A stretch of DNA of 64,000 bases from the NCBI GenBank assembly GCA_964454335.1, contig CAYVVT010000017.1:1770-65769 (forward strand). The letters are read 5' to 3'. The position numbers and the translations under genes were made by a program. Origin of the DNA: an uncultured Lentisphaeria bacterium (GTDB lineage: Bacteria; Fidelibacterota; UBA8477; JABMPR01). The notes under the pieces are model-generated. The model was not told the DNA's origin. It made no database searches and worked only from the letters and a program-made list of their open reading frames with translations. Positions 1 through 9,852 of this stretch are shown piece after piece. Position 1 is the stretch's first letter; each line of letters opens with the position of its first letter.

Positions 1-78
1 TCCCAGGATCACGGCAGATACGATCACCTCGACGAGGGTGTAACCGGCGTGGTTGTCAATATGTGGGTTACGGGTCAT
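1..78 (-). CDS. prepilin-type N-terminal cleavage/methylation domain protein (minor pilin or pseudopilin), N-terminal 26 codons only; the gene runs off the window edge
   Basis: The reverse-complement translation from the ATG at 78-76 gives MTRNPHIDNHAGYTLVEVIVSAVILG. This is a class III signal with Gly-1 and Glu+5 (G|YTLVE) followed by a hydrophobic helix. It lies directly upstream of the pilin gene on the same strand. Confidence 0.6.
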   Translation of the reverse strand, partial: MTRNPHIDNHAGYTLVEVIVSAVILG

Positions 79-100
79 ACTAGACTTGAGTCAGATATGC

Positions 101-511
101 TTAGATACCGCCACCGAAGTTACCATCCTGGTCCAGGGTTCTGTCAGAATCCAGGATACCGCCAGATGCACAGGTGATGGTATAATCGTTACCATCGGTG
201 CTCTGATAGGTGTAGGATGAATCGGTGAAGTAAGTACCAGTGATTTCACCAGTCTTGATGTCGTTCCAGCTGGCGCCGATAACGTAACCAGCGGGATTCA
301 CGACCGGATATGAGCCGTTCTCACCGTAATACACACGGAGCTGTGTACGGATACTACCCAGGGCAGCATCAGCCTCGCTCATCTTGGCTTTACGGACGTT
401 ATTGTTGTAGATCGGCACAGCAACTGCGGCCAACACACCAATAATCACGATTACGATCATCAATTCGACTAGAGAAAAACCTCCGTTACTTCTCATCTTC
501 TGCATTTTCAT
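101..511 (-). CDS. type IV pilin / pseudopilin (prepilin-type N-terminal methylation domain)
   Basis: 136 aa. The leader MKMQKMRSNGG|FSLVELMIVIVIIG has Gly-1, Phe+1, Glu+5 and a hydrophobic alpha1 helix. The C-terminal domain contains Cys residues. The gene is co-oriented and adjacent to PilC/GspF and PilB/GspE genes. Confidence 0.85.
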   Translation of the reverse strand: MKMQKMRSNGGFSLVELMIVIVIIGVLAAVAVPIYNNNVRKAKMSEADAALGSIRTQLRVYYGENGSYPVVNPAGYVIGASWNDIKTGEITGTYFTDSSYTYQSTDGNDYTITCASGGILDSDRTLDQDGNFGGGI

Positions 512-548
512 ACTCCTTAAGGCATTCCGCCTTTGGTCTTAGGTTAGG

Positions 549-1772
549 TTAGTGAATGGCATTGGTCATCTGGAAGATAGGCAGATACAGGGCGATCACG
601 AGGATCGCGACTACTGCGCCAAGGCCACCCATGACTATCGGTTCAATCGTCTTAGAGAGTGTATCGACCTTAGTATTAAACTCCTGTTCATTGAACTCAG
701 AAATCTTGTCCAGCATGAGCGCGAGCGCGCCGGACTTTTCACCAACGGAAATCATACTCGAGATCATGATCGGGAAGATATCAGGATATCTGGCCAATTG
801 ACCGGCGAGTGTCCGTCCATGTGAGATCTGGTCACTGACAGTGTTAATAATTTCAGCGATGTACACATTCTCCGCTGTATCCCCGGCGATCTTCAAAGCA
901 CTAATGAGTGATACCTCTGCACGAATAAGAACTGCAAGAGTCTTGCACATACGAGCGAGGAGCGATTTGTGCAGCATGGAACCCATGATAGGCATTTTGA
1001 AGATGTGTTTATCAAGAAAACGCCTACCGCCGGGGGAAGCAGCAAACGTCTTGAACCCTATGTAAAGTCCCCCAAAAAGGATCGCTTCAATGAGCAGGTG
1101 ATCCTTCAGGAAGAAGCTGACGTCCATGATGACCTGAGTCGACATAGGCAACTCGGCGCCAAAGCTCGCAAAGATATCCTTGAACTTCGGCATCAGGCCA
1201 AATACGACGCCTGCCATTACCACCGCAAAAAAGATGGCAATGAATTTTGGATAGCTGGTGGCTGATTTGAGGCGATTACGCACATCGTCCTCTTTTTCGA
1301 TATAACCCGCGATCTGACCCAGGATCTTGTCAAGTCCACCACCAGCTTCGGCGGCCTTGACCATGGAAACAACGAATCCAGGGAAGATCTTCGGGTGTTC
1401 AGCAAGGGAATCGGAGAATGGATGCCCGGCCTTGACCAGGGTAAGGATCTCCTCAAGGGCCTTGCGGAAATGCTTGTCTTCGAACTGCAACTGGACGATA
1501 GAGATCGCGTCCACCAGCTGGATACCGGCATCCAGCAGTGTTGCCAGTTCACGGAAAAATATGACTTTGAGAGCCTGATCGATCTTCGGAGCAGTAAGAT
1601 TGATCTCACTCAGTTTAAGTTTCTTCTTCTTGCCGGCGACTGGTTGAATGCTGATGGTCGTAAGACCCATCTTGCGGAGAGCCTGACTGACCTCCTGCCG
1701 GGTATATCCACCAAGCGTACCTTCCTGGCGCTTACCCTTCTTGTCGACGGCTACATATTTGAAATTACCCAT
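549..1772 (-). CDS. type IV pilus assembly platform protein PilC / type II secretion system protein F (GspF family)
   Basis: 407 aa polytopic membrane protein with a duplicated GspF-type domain architecture. It sits between the pilin and ATPase genes in an operon-like tight arrangement. Confidence 0.85.
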   Translation of the reverse strand: MGNFKYVAVDKKGKRQEGTLGGYTRQEVSQALRKMGLTTISIQPVAGKKKKLKLSEINLTAPKIDQALKVIFFRELATLLDAGIQLVDAISIVQLQFEDKHFRKALEEILTLVKAGHPFSDSLAEHPKIFPGFVVSMVKAAEAGGGLDKILGQIAGYIEKEDDVRNRLKSATSYPKFIAIFFAVVMAGVVFGLMPKFKDIFASFGAELPMSTQVIMDVSFFLKDHLLIEAILFGGLYIGFKTFAASPGGRRFLDKHIFKMPIMGSMLHKSLLARMCKTLAVLIRAEVSLISALKIAGDTAENVYIAEIINTVSDQISHGRTLAGQLARYPDIFPIMISSMISVGEKSGALALMLDKISEFNEQEFNTKVDTLSKTIEPIVMGGLGAVVAILVIALYLPIFQMTNAIH

Positions 1773-1776
1773 CTAC

Positions 1777-3372
1777 TTATACCACTCGTACCACTTCTTC
1801 CAGGGAGGTTAGCCCTTTGCTTGCCTTCTCGAGACCCTCATCCAGGAGCGTTCGCCAACCCTGTTCCGCTGCCTCCTGTCTGAGCTCCATCTCAGATTTA
1901 TCAGCGATGATGGCCTCTTTGATCGCTGGATCCATGAACAGGATCTCATGGATAGCCAGACGACCCCAGTATCCGGAACCACCACACTGCTTACATCCTT
2001 TCCCCCTGTAAAACTTGTCCTTTGAGGTATCCTTACCCAGGCGTTCGAGGTAGAGATGGATCTCCTCGGGTACTTCCACCTGCTCCTTGCAGTTCGAGCA
2101 TACGCGTCGCACCAGGCGCTGAGCGATGATCACCTCGACGGAAGAAACGATGAGATATTTATCGATTCCCATATTCAACATTCGAATGATGGTGGCAATG
2201 GCATTGTTCGTATGCAGTGTACTTAGTACAAGGTGACCTGTGAGCGCTGCTTTAATGGCAATCTCACCGGTTTCAGTATCACGTATCTCACCAACCATGA
2301 CAATATCGGGATCCTGGCGCAGAATGGAGCGCAGGGCCGATGCAAAGGTCAACCCGACATTTGGACGCGCCTGGACCTGATTGATCCCGGCCAGACGATA
2401 CTCCACGGGATCCTCGACAGTGATGATATTCAGATTGGGATCATTCACATAATTCAGAATGGAATACAGGGTGGTCGTTTTACCGCTACCGGTTGGTCCC
2501 GTCACCAGGATCATGCCGTGGGCACTCTTGGTGGTCTCCTTGACCCGTACCAGCTTGTCCCTGGGAAAGCCCAGATCATCGAAATCAAGGGATGTGGTTC
2601 CCTGATCAAGGATACGGAGGACGATCTTCTCACCATAGATACCAGGAATGGTTGATGTACGCACATCAACGCTGCGACCCATGATCTTGAATTTTACACG
2701 ACCATCCTGGGGGATACGGCGTTCAGCGATATCCAGATCCGCAAGGATCTTGATACGGGCTATGACACCGGACTGCAACTTCTTGTTTGCTGGCGGGAAC
2801 TCCCTGAGCATGCCGTCAATACGGAAGCGGATGCGTAAATTATTTTCCTGGGGTTCGATATGGATATCAGAGGCGCGTTCCTGGATGGCCTGGACGAGCA
2901 GGGAATTTACGAACACGACAGCGGGAGCATCAGTGGCCTGTGAACGGAGGATATCGATGGAATCGTCATCTTCGGGTTCTTCCTCTTCCGTATCCTCGAC
3001 CTCCACCAGCTCCTGCAGGGTATCCTCAAAAGCGTTCTTCTCGGAAAAGATGTTACCAATGGCGAACTCGATATCATCATCGTCCACCCAGATGGCTTCA
3101 ACATCCTTACCGATCTTGCTGCGGATGATCTGAGCAGCGACCATGTCCAGGGGATCGGCCATGGCCAGCTTTACGTCTCCGTCCTCATTTTCTTCCAGGG
3201 GTACCACGCGATGGTACTGGCAGAATTCCTCACCGATCTTCAGGGCCAGTGAGGTAGCGAAGGTCGGAAAACCTTTCAGGCTGGTCTTCTCAAACCCGAA
3301 CTGCTTGTAGACCGCTTCGATCCCTTGTTCGACGCTGTCTTGTGGTTCAGGTGTTACGGCTTCGGCATTCAT
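1777..3372 (-). CDS. type IV pilus assembly ATPase PilB / T2SS ATPase GspE family
   Basis: 531 aa. Features are an N-terminal T2SSE_N-like domain, the Walker A motif GPTGSGKTT, Asp/His boxes and a C-terminal tetra-Cys zinc motif (CSNC...CKQC). Confidence 0.9.
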   Translation of the reverse strand: MNAEAVTPEPQDSVEQGIEAVYKQFGFEKTSLKGFPTFATSLALKIGEEFCQYHRVVPLEENEDGDVKLAMADPLDMVAAQIIRSKIGKDVEAIWVDDDDIEFAIGNIFSEKNAFEDTLQELVEVEDTEEEEPEDDDSIDILRSQATDAPAVVFVNSLLVQAIQERASDIHIEPQENNLRIRFRIDGMLREFPPANKKLQSGVIARIKILADLDIAERRIPQDGRVKFKIMGRSVDVRTSTIPGIYGEKIVLRILDQGTTSLDFDDLGFPRDKLVRVKETTKSAHGMILVTGPTGSGKTTTLYSILNYVNDPNLNIITVEDPVEYRLAGINQVQARPNVGLTFASALRSILRQDPDIVMVGEIRDTETGEIAIKAALTGHLVLSTLHTNNAIATIIRMLNMGIDKYLIVSSVEVIIAQRLVRRVCSNCKEQVEVPEEIHLYLERLGKDTSKDKFYRGKGCKQCGGSGYWGRLAIHEILFMDPAIKEAIIADKSEMELRQEAAEQGWRTLLDEGLEKASKGLTSLEEVVRVV

Positions 3373-3723
3373 AGGTTCGTCTTGGTTCCCTTTATACTAT
3401 AAACCTATTATACATGTTCAAAGGCTATGCCAATGCATCTGTTGTTGACGTAAGGTGTTGATATTACAAATATTAATAGAGGCTGTTGCCATTAGCAAAT
3501 TTTCGCTTAATCCAACACTCTGTCAACTGCACACGACAATTTGCTTCAAAAAACCTTAAAAATCCGACAACCACAAGTCGTGAAAGCGGATTGTCCCGCT
3601 AATTTACATGGAAAATTTCCGAATAGAATTAAAAAGAGTGACCTGTTTCGGGTAAGATTTGGAAACACAACAGCTTAAGGCCGTGACTTAAATCACAACA
3701 TTAAGTTCGGTTGTGCGAATGGA

Positions 3724-5112
3724 TTATCCCTGCAAGCCCAGCTGCTTCAATTTCAGGTGCAGATGCTGCCTGCTCAAGCCTGCAGCCTGGGATGCCCGAC
3801 TGATATTGGAGTCATGCGCATTGAGCAGATTCCGGAAGTAATTCCGCTCAAAATTCTCCTTTGCATCCGAATAATCAGGAAGATCCTCAGCCGATCTGAG
3901 GATCTCGGAGGCCGGATGGGCTTCAGGATTGAATGTGGGCGGAAGATCACTCACCTGAATGGATTCACCACGGGCCATGATCATTGAATTCTCCAGGATA
4001 TTCACGACCTCGCGAATGTTGCCAGGCCAGCTGTAATCCTGGAACAGTTTGTAGACCTCGGGTGAGACTGACGTCACCTTCTTACCCATCTTGGAGGAGA
4101 GGCGCTTCAGATGGTACTCGATGATAGTGGGCAGATCCTCCATGCGCTCCATCAGCGTGGGAATGTCAACATGGAAGACGTTGAGCCGGAAATACAGGTC
4201 CTCGCGGAATTTACCGTCGGCAACCATCTGCTGGATATCCTGATTACTGGCCGCTACGACCCGTAAATCCAGTTTTTTCTCAACGTTACCACCAACCGGA
4301 CGGATGGTGCTGGTCTCCAGGACACGCAGCAACTGGATCTGGAATTCCATGCTTGTCTCGGTGATCTCATCCAGAAAGATGGTCCCGGTGTGCGATTCCT
4401 CGAAAACACCCTTCTTTTTTTCGGTGGCACCTGTAAAAGACCCTTTTTCATGACCGAAAAGAGTGCTTTCGAACAGGGTGGCAGGGACTGAACCACAGTT
4501 GATGGGAATAAAGGGCTTCTTTGCACGGTCGCTGCTTTTGTGCAGCAGCCGGGCAGCAACTTCCTTGCCTGTTCCAGAATCACCGGTAAGCAGGACGGTT
4601 GTATTGTATTCGGCAACCGTTCTGATCTTCTCCAGGACCTTCATCATCACCGGTGACTTGCTTTTCATCTCGAGAAAATCAGTATGACGGTTCAGTTCTT
4701 TCTTTAAGGCCTTGTTCTCGCTGCGGATCTTCTTCTCAGCCAGACCGCGCGTGATCCTGATCTGAAGCTGATTCAGATCTATCAACGGTTTGGCGAGATA
4801 GTCATAGGCACCCTGCTGGATGCATTTCACCACGATGTCAGTATCCTGGATGGCACTGACCATGATGACGATGGTCTCTGGATTCTTTTCCAGGAACTGC
4901 TGCAGCAGTTCCATACCGCTGATGCGGGGCATGTTGATATCCAGCACGGCGATATCGATCTCGTCGTCATCAAAGATCTTGATGGCATCCTCCGGCCGCG
5001 TGGCTGTCTTGACGTTGTAACCAAGATCGAGGAGAAAGTTCTCGAAAAGATGGGTTATATCAGGTTCATCATCGACAACGAGGATCTTTACATTTTCAGC
5101 TTGTTCTACCAC
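3724..5112 (-). CDS. sigma-54-dependent Fis-family response regulator (NtrC/PilR-like)
   Basis: 462 aa. It has an N-terminal receiver domain (VVDDEPD...D) and an AAA+ sigma-54 activation domain with GDSGTGKE Walker A and a GSFTGA (GAFTGA-type) loop. A C-terminal Fis-type HTH follows. It is adjacent to the pilin genes, and no cognate histidine kinase is nearby. Confidence 0.85.
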   Translation of the reverse strand: MVEQAENVKILVVDDEPDITHLFENFLLDLGYNVKTATRPEDAIKIFDDDEIDIAVLDINMPRISGMELLQQFLEKNPETIVIMVSAIQDTDIVVKCIQQGAYDYLAKPLIDLNQLQIRITRGLAEKKIRSENKALKKELNRHTDFLEMKSKSPVMMKVLEKIRTVAEYNTTVLLTGDSGTGKEVAARLLHKSSDRAKKPFIPINCGSVPATLFESTLFGHEKGSFTGATEKKKGVFEESHTGTIFLDEITETSMEFQIQLLRVLETSTIRPVGGNVEKKLDLRVVAASNQDIQQMVADGKFREDLYFRLNVFHVDIPTLMERMEDLPTIIEYHLKRLSSKMGKKVTSVSPEVYKLFQDYSWPGNIREVVNILENSMIMARGESIQVSDLPPTFNPEAHPASEILRSAEDLPDYSDAKENFERNYFRNLLNAHDSNISRASQAAGLSRQHLHLKLKQLGLQG

Positions 5113-5234
5113 AGTTTATCCTATATGCAATACAGCTTCACACGTTCAACATTACCAGCAAACAAAATAGTACGGGTGTAATAAAAAGACTACAGTGAAT
5201 TTCGTGTTTTAAAAAAAAAGTGGAATTATCTGAT

Positions 5235-5723
5235 TCAGGAATCAGGAGTGTCGTCAGAATCTTGCAGTAAGGGATTGGCTGTGAGGCAGGCCTGCCACCA
5301 ACTCAGGTCGTTCGGTTCGAGGAGATCCTGCAGCGTTGTCTGCCCCAGAACGTGATCAAGCACCGACTGGATCGCACACCAGAAAGAACGCACCGAACAG
5401 CGCTCAAAATGAACACAGGTCCCATTCTGACCACTGAAATGCTCGCAGAAGCCGCCCTCGAACAATTTACCACCGAGCACATCCAGAACGTCACCGATGA
5501 CGATCTCTGCGGCAGGCCGCGCCAGGGTGTAACCGCCGGTCTTGCCCCGAATACTGGTGACAAATCCATTCATGCGCAGAATACGGAGCAGTTTGGCGGC
5601 ATTAGGTGCGGTAAGTCCTTCCCGGCGACGGACCTCCTCAATCGTGGTGCCGCCGGCGTCAGCGTTGCGTCCCACCTGAAGCAGGCAGCGCAGACCGTAT
5701 TCCTCCTGGGCTGATAGCTTCAT
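5235..5723 (-). CDS. Rrf2-family transcriptional regulator (IscR-like) with C-terminal Cys cluster
   Basis: 162 aa. The N-terminal Rrf2 wHTH (EYGLRCLLQVGR...) is followed by C..C....C...C residues that fit Fe-S ligation. It is the last gene of the suf operon. Confidence 0.8.
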   Translation of the reverse strand: MKLSAQEEYGLRCLLQVGRNADAGGTTIEEVRRREGLTAPNAAKLLRILRMNGFVTSIRGKTGGYTLARPAAEIVIGDVLDVLGGKLFEGGFCEHFSGQNGTCVHFERCSVRSFWCAIQSVLDHVLGQTTLQDLLEPNDLSWWQACLTANPLLQDSDDTPDS

Positions 5724-5724
5724 C

Positions 5725-6060
5725 TCAGAGAAGTCCCAGCTGGAGTAATCCCGTTTCGGAGATCATGTCCTTGTTCCACTGTGGTTCCCAGACCACGTCC
5801 ACCTCGGCATGTCTGATCTGACCGATCTCGTTCATGATGCGTTCCCTGACAGAAATAGGAAGACTGCCGGCCACCGGACAGTTTGGCGCCGTGAGGGTCA
5901 TTTTGACAAAAACCTCATTGTCCTCCGTGGCCTGTACGTCATAGATCAGCCCGAGATCATATATGTTCACCGGGATCTCCGGATCATAGATCTGCTTGAT
6001 GACATCAACCACCTGCTCACATAGTTCATCGGGATTAAGGTCTTTTTGCTGCTCGGTCAT
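5725..6060 (-). CDS. DUF59 / MIP18-family Fe-S assembly protein (SufT/PaaD-like)
   Basis: 111 aa with the conserved IYDPEIPVNIYDLGLIYDV ... MTLTAPNCP motif typical of DUF59. It lies within the suf operon. Confidence 0.85.
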   Translation of the reverse strand: MTEQQKDLNPDELCEQVVDVIKQIYDPEIPVNIYDLGLIYDVQATEDNEVFVKMTLTAPNCPVAGSLPISVRERIMNEIGQIRHAEVDVVWEPQWNKDMISETGLLQLGLL

Positions 6061-6077
6061 GTGTTTCTGCGACCCTT

Positions 6078-6530
6078 CTATTCCGTTTTTACCGTATCAT
6101 TCGATTCATCGATGGCTGCCATGAGTGTGTGCCAGGAAAGGCTCGCACATTTTACCCTGGCAGGGAATTCCTGGACCCCCTGGAAAACTGCCAATTTGCC
6201 AATTGAGGTAAGGCTTTCCGCATCAACGGTCTCTCCCGTCACCAGATCATGAAATGTCTCGAAATACCTTCTGGCCTCCTGGATGGTCCTGCCCTTGAGA
6301 AAGCTGGTCATCAAGGACGCTGATGATTTTGATATGGCACAGCCGCTGCCTATGAACGCGATGTCTACGATCACCTCATCGTCCACCTTCAGGAACAGTT
6401 TGAGCTTGTCCCCGCAAAGAGGATTGTGGCCATTGGCGGCATGGGTATGATCATCCATTTCGTGGAAATTTCGTGGATTCTTGTTGTGGTCCAGGATGAG
6501 TTCCTGGTACAGCTCGCGCAATTCAGACAT
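6078..6530 (-). CDS. sufU: SufU/IscU-like Fe-S cluster sulfur-transfer/scaffold protein
   Basis: 150 aa with the NifU-N-like motifs NPLCGDKL and GSGCAISKSSASLMT. It is immediately downstream of sufS, with an overlapping stop/start at 6530. Confidence 0.8.
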   Translation of the reverse strand: MSELRELYQELILDHNKNPRNFHEMDDHTHAANGHNPLCGDKLKLFLKVDDEVIVDIAFIGSGCAISKSSASLMTSFLKGRTIQEARRYFETFHDLVTGETVDAESLTSIGKLAVFQGVQEFPARVKCASLSWHTLMAAIDESNDTVKTE

Positions 6531-7759
6531 CAGGCGATCATCTCCTTCACCGTCAGCAGGGCTTCCTTCAAAAGGTCGATCTCAGCTTTTGTATTGTAGA
6601 ATGCCAGGGAGGCACGGGTTGTCGCCGGGATCCCGTAGTGGTCCATTACCGGTTGTGTACAGTGGTGTCCTGAACGAACGGCTATGCCCTCCTGGTCCAG
6701 GATCGTACCAATGTCGTGCGGATGGACATTCTCAAGGGTAAAGGACAGGATACTGCCCTTGCTGCCAGCCTGGCCGATCATTTCCAGGCCAGGAATGGAC
6801 ATCAGGACTTCATTTCCGTAATTCAACAATTCCTGCTCGTAGTCAGAGACTCTCTGCATATCGATGCCCGTCAGGTAATTCAGGGCTGCACCAAGGCCTG
6901 CTGTGCCTGCGATGTTCGGCGTACCAGCCTCGAATTTGAAGGGGACTTCATTGAATTGTGTTCCACTGAACCGGACTTCCAGGATCATATCGCCACCGCC
7001 CTGATAGGGGGGCATCCGATCCAGCAGTTCCATGCGGCCCCACAGGACACCAATCCCGGTAGGACCGAAGGCCTTGTGCCCGGAAAAGGTAAAGAAATCG
7101 CAGCCCAGGTCCTGAATGTCCACGGGCATATGTGGAATGGATTGGGCGCCATCCACCAGAACGGGGACATTCTGTGCATGAGCGATCTCGACGATCTCCT
7201 TGATGGGATTGACCGTGCCCAGTGAATTGGACATGTGGACCACTGCCACAAGTCGGGTCTTAGTGTTGATCATGCCTCGGCAGGCATCCAGGTCGAGCTC
7301 CCCATTGTCCAACATGGGAATGATCTTGAGCTCCACACCGCGTCGCTCCGCAAGCAGTTGCCAGGGAACGATATTGGAGTGATGTTCCATTTCGGAGATG
7401 AGGATCTCGTCACCCGCTGAGCAGGTCTCCCAGCCGAAGGTCTGGGCAACCAGGTTCACACCCTCCGTAGCGCCTCGCACAAACACGATCTCCCTCGTTG
7501 AAGGAGCGTTGATGAAGCTGCGAACGGTTTCCCTGACCTCTTCGTAGATCCGGGTGGCACGTTGACTCAGATCGTGGACGCCGCGGTGGATATTGGCATA
7601 ATCGTTCCTGTAGAAATCCGCAATTGTATCGATGACGATCTGGGGCTTTTGCGTGCTGGCGGCGTTATCCAGATAGACCAGCGGTTTTCCATGCACCTTC
7701 TGGTCAAGGATGGGAAAATCCTGTCGAATCTGTTGTACGTCGAATGCAGACATGCTCAA
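6530..7759 (-). CDS. sufS: cysteine desulfurase SufS (class V aminotransferase)
   Basis: 409 aa with the PLP-dependent fold, the HK lysine region (FSGHKAFGPTGIG) and a C-terminal catalytic Cys region (RSGHHCTQP). It follows sufD with a 4-nt overlap. Confidence 0.9.
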   Translation of the reverse strand: MSMSAFDVQQIRQDFPILDQKVHGKPLVYLDNAASTQKPQIVIDTIADFYRNDYANIHRGVHDLSQRATRIYEEVRETVRSFINAPSTREIVFVRGATEGVNLVAQTFGWETCSAGDEILISEMEHHSNIVPWQLLAERRGVELKIIPMLDNGELDLDACRGMINTKTRLVAVVHMSNSLGTVNPIKEIVEIAHAQNVPVLVDGAQSIPHMPVDIQDLGCDFFTFSGHKAFGPTGIGVLWGRMELLDRMPPYQGGGDMILEVRFSGTQFNEVPFKFEAGTPNIAGTAGLGAALNYLTGIDMQRVSDYEQELLNYGNEVLMSIPGLEMIGQAGSKGSILSFTLENVHPHDIGTILDQEGIAVRSGHHCTQPVMDHYGIPATTRASLAFYNTKAEIDLLKEALLTVKEMIA

Positions 7760-9069
7760 TTCGCCTCGCTGGTGAGACGTCCCAGCTTCTCAAGGATCAG
7801 TTCATCGATGTATTCCCGCAGGGCTCCTTCGGGGAGTTGCGTACTGATCTCCCGGGCAAATCCCTCCGTGAGCAAGTGGCGCGACTCCTGAAGGCCGATG
7901 CCGCGTGATCGCAGATAGAACAGGGCCTGGGGATCAAGCTGCCCAACAGTGGCACCGTGCGAACATTTCACGTCATCGGCAAATATCTCCAGCTGTGGTT
8001 TTGCATCTGCCCTGGCCTGCTCGGAAAGCAGCAGGCTTTTGTTCAGCTGTTCAGCCGAAGTCTTCTGGGCATCCTGCTGGACCAACACCTTCCCATTGAA
8101 AACACCTCTTCCCGAAGCGCTGAGTATCCCGCGATAGTGCTGGTTACTGCGACAATGAGGTACGGCGTGATCCACAAAGGTTCGGCAATCCTGGACCTGT
8201 TCACCCTCGGCCAGATAAAGACCCATCAGATCAGTTTCTGCTCCCTGGCCGCCGAGCAGAACTTCTACATTCTCCCTGGCAAGATTGGCCCCCAGACCAA
8301 AATACCTGCTTGTGAAATGGCTGTTGGTATTTTGATGGACCAGGGTATTGCCAAAGTGAAATGAGCTTAGTGACTGGTGCTGGATCTGCGTACGGATCAG
8401 CTTTGCACCCTCAGCAAGGTCGAAAATACTTGTGGCGTTCATCACAGTACCTGATCCCGAACCACGGGCAAAGTGTTCAACCAACTCAAAGCTGGTATTT
8501 GCACTCAACTGGGCCAGGATCAGCGGCATGGACCATTCTGCGGTGTCCCGGGCAGAATCAAAGTAGACCACATGCAGGACCTTCTGCCTTTCATCTGCCT
8601 CATTCATTTCGATGAACAGACCGTCCTGCAGGCTCGTGAGGTTGGATCTGGTAAAGATGGAATCATCTGTGAACTCGGCCTTTGAAAGAAGGTCCCGGAT
8701 CGTCTCCGGATGTTTATCCAGACCATCCTTCAGCGACAGGACACCTGGAAACGCTTTGAGCTCATCCTGATTCTGTAGCATACCATTCTCAAAAACCACA
8801 ATGCTGCTTTGAGGAAACCTGGGCCTCAGATCCTCAAGCACCTCGTCTAGGGACCTTGCAGGTTGAGCTTTCCCCTGGACCAGCAGATCCTTGAGCCCGG
8901 TATATTTCCATTCTTCATCGCGTAGAGAAGGAAAGCTGGATTCCTTCAGTGAAGAGATCCCTGCAGTATGAAGATCTGATAGTTGTGCGGGCAGTTTCGA
9001 TCCGCCTGCGGTGGCTGTTTCCAAGAGCTGCTGTTTCAGATCATCGAATGTCAAGTTGCCCTGTGCCAT
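7756..9069 (-). CDS. sufD: Fe-S cluster assembly protein SufD
   Basis: 437 aa with SufB/SufD beta-helix family signatures in the C-terminal half. It sits between sufC and sufS. Confidence 0.85.
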   Translation of the reverse strand: MAQGNLTFDDLKQQLLETATAGGSKLPAQLSDLHTAGISSLKESSFPSLRDEEWKYTGLKDLLVQGKAQPARSLDEVLEDLRPRFPQSSIVVFENGMLQNQDELKAFPGVLSLKDGLDKHPETIRDLLSKAEFTDDSIFTRSNLTSLQDGLFIEMNEADERQKVLHVVYFDSARDTAEWSMPLILAQLSANTSFELVEHFARGSGSGTVMNATSIFDLAEGAKLIRTQIQHQSLSSFHFGNTLVHQNTNSHFTSRYFGLGANLARENVEVLLGGQGAETDLMGLYLAEGEQVQDCRTFVDHAVPHCRSNQHYRGILSASGRGVFNGKVLVQQDAQKTSAEQLNKSLLLSEQARADAKPQLEIFADDVKCSHGATVGQLDPQALFYLRSRGIGLQESRHLLTEGFAREISTQLPEGALREYIDELILEKLGRLTSEAN

Positions 9070-9075
9070 TCAGAT

Positions 9076-9852
9076 TCAGGCCTCCAGTTCCGGAGAGGTA
9101 TGCAACCAGTCGTATCCACGATCCTCCAGCTCCAGGGCTAGGTCCTTGGTGCCGGATCTGATGATCTGACCATCACTGAGAACATGTACGTAGTCCGGGA
9201 CGATGTAATTGAGCAGGCGTTGATAGTGTGTTACTACGACAAAGGCATTGTTCTCTGAACGGAGCTTGTTGACGCCCTCGGCCACGATGCGCAGTGCATC
9301 GATGTCCAACCCCGAATCGGTTTCATCAAGGATGGCCAGGCGCGGCTCGAGAACCGCCATCTGCAGGATCTCGTTCCGCTTTTTCTCCCCTCCGGAGAAA
9401 CCCTGGTTAACCGGCCGCCGGAGAAAGGTCTCGTTCATCTCCACCAGCTGCATCCTGGTTTTGATGAGGTTCATGAAATCAACCGCGTCCAGTTCTTCCT
9501 CGCCGCGGTGCTTGCGGAGTTCGTTCAGGGCTTTCTTCAGGAAGGTGGTGTTATTGACCCCGGGGATCTCCAGGGGATACTGGAATGCCAGGAAGACACC
9601 TTCACGGGCACGGTCCTCCGGTGCCATGTCGAGCAGGTCGGTTGACTGGTAACTCACTGATCCGGAATTCACTTCATAACCCTCGCGACCGGCCAGGATA
9701 TGGGCCAGGGTGCTTTTTCCGCTGCCGTTGGGGCCCATGATGGCATGGATCTCTCCGGCCTTGACCTCGAGATTGATCCCCTTGAGGATCTGCTTGCCCT
9801 CCACTGACACCTTTAAATCTTTGATTATCAACATCTTATGTGGTTTCCCCAT
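9076..9852 (-). CDS. sufC: Fe-S cluster assembly ATPase SufC
   Basis: 258 aa ABC ATPase. Motifs are Walker A GPNGSGKST, the signature FSGGEKKRNE, Walker B ILDETDSGLD and an H-loop. An alternative start, MLIIKDL at 9834, is plausible. Confidence 0.9.
   Translation of the reverse strand: MGKPHKMLIIKDLKVSVEGKQILKGINLEVKAGEIHAIMGPNGSGKSTLAHILAGREGYEVNSGSVSYQSTDLLDMAPEDRAREGVFLAFQYPLEIPGVNNTTFLKKALNELRKHRGEEELDAVDFMNLIKTRMQLVEMNETFLRRPVNQGFSGGEKKRNEILQMAVLEPRLAILDETDSGLDIDALRIVAEGVNKLRSENNAFVVVTHYQRLLNYIVPDYVHVLSDGQIIRSGTKDLALELEDRGYDWLHTSPELEA

Noticed and set aside
3373-3723. Sigma-54 promoter (TGGCAC-N5-TTGC) upstream of the pilB/gspE-like gene
   Set aside because: Only a weak approximation was found on the correct strand (TGGCAT-N5-TTGA). 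It is not reported as a feature.
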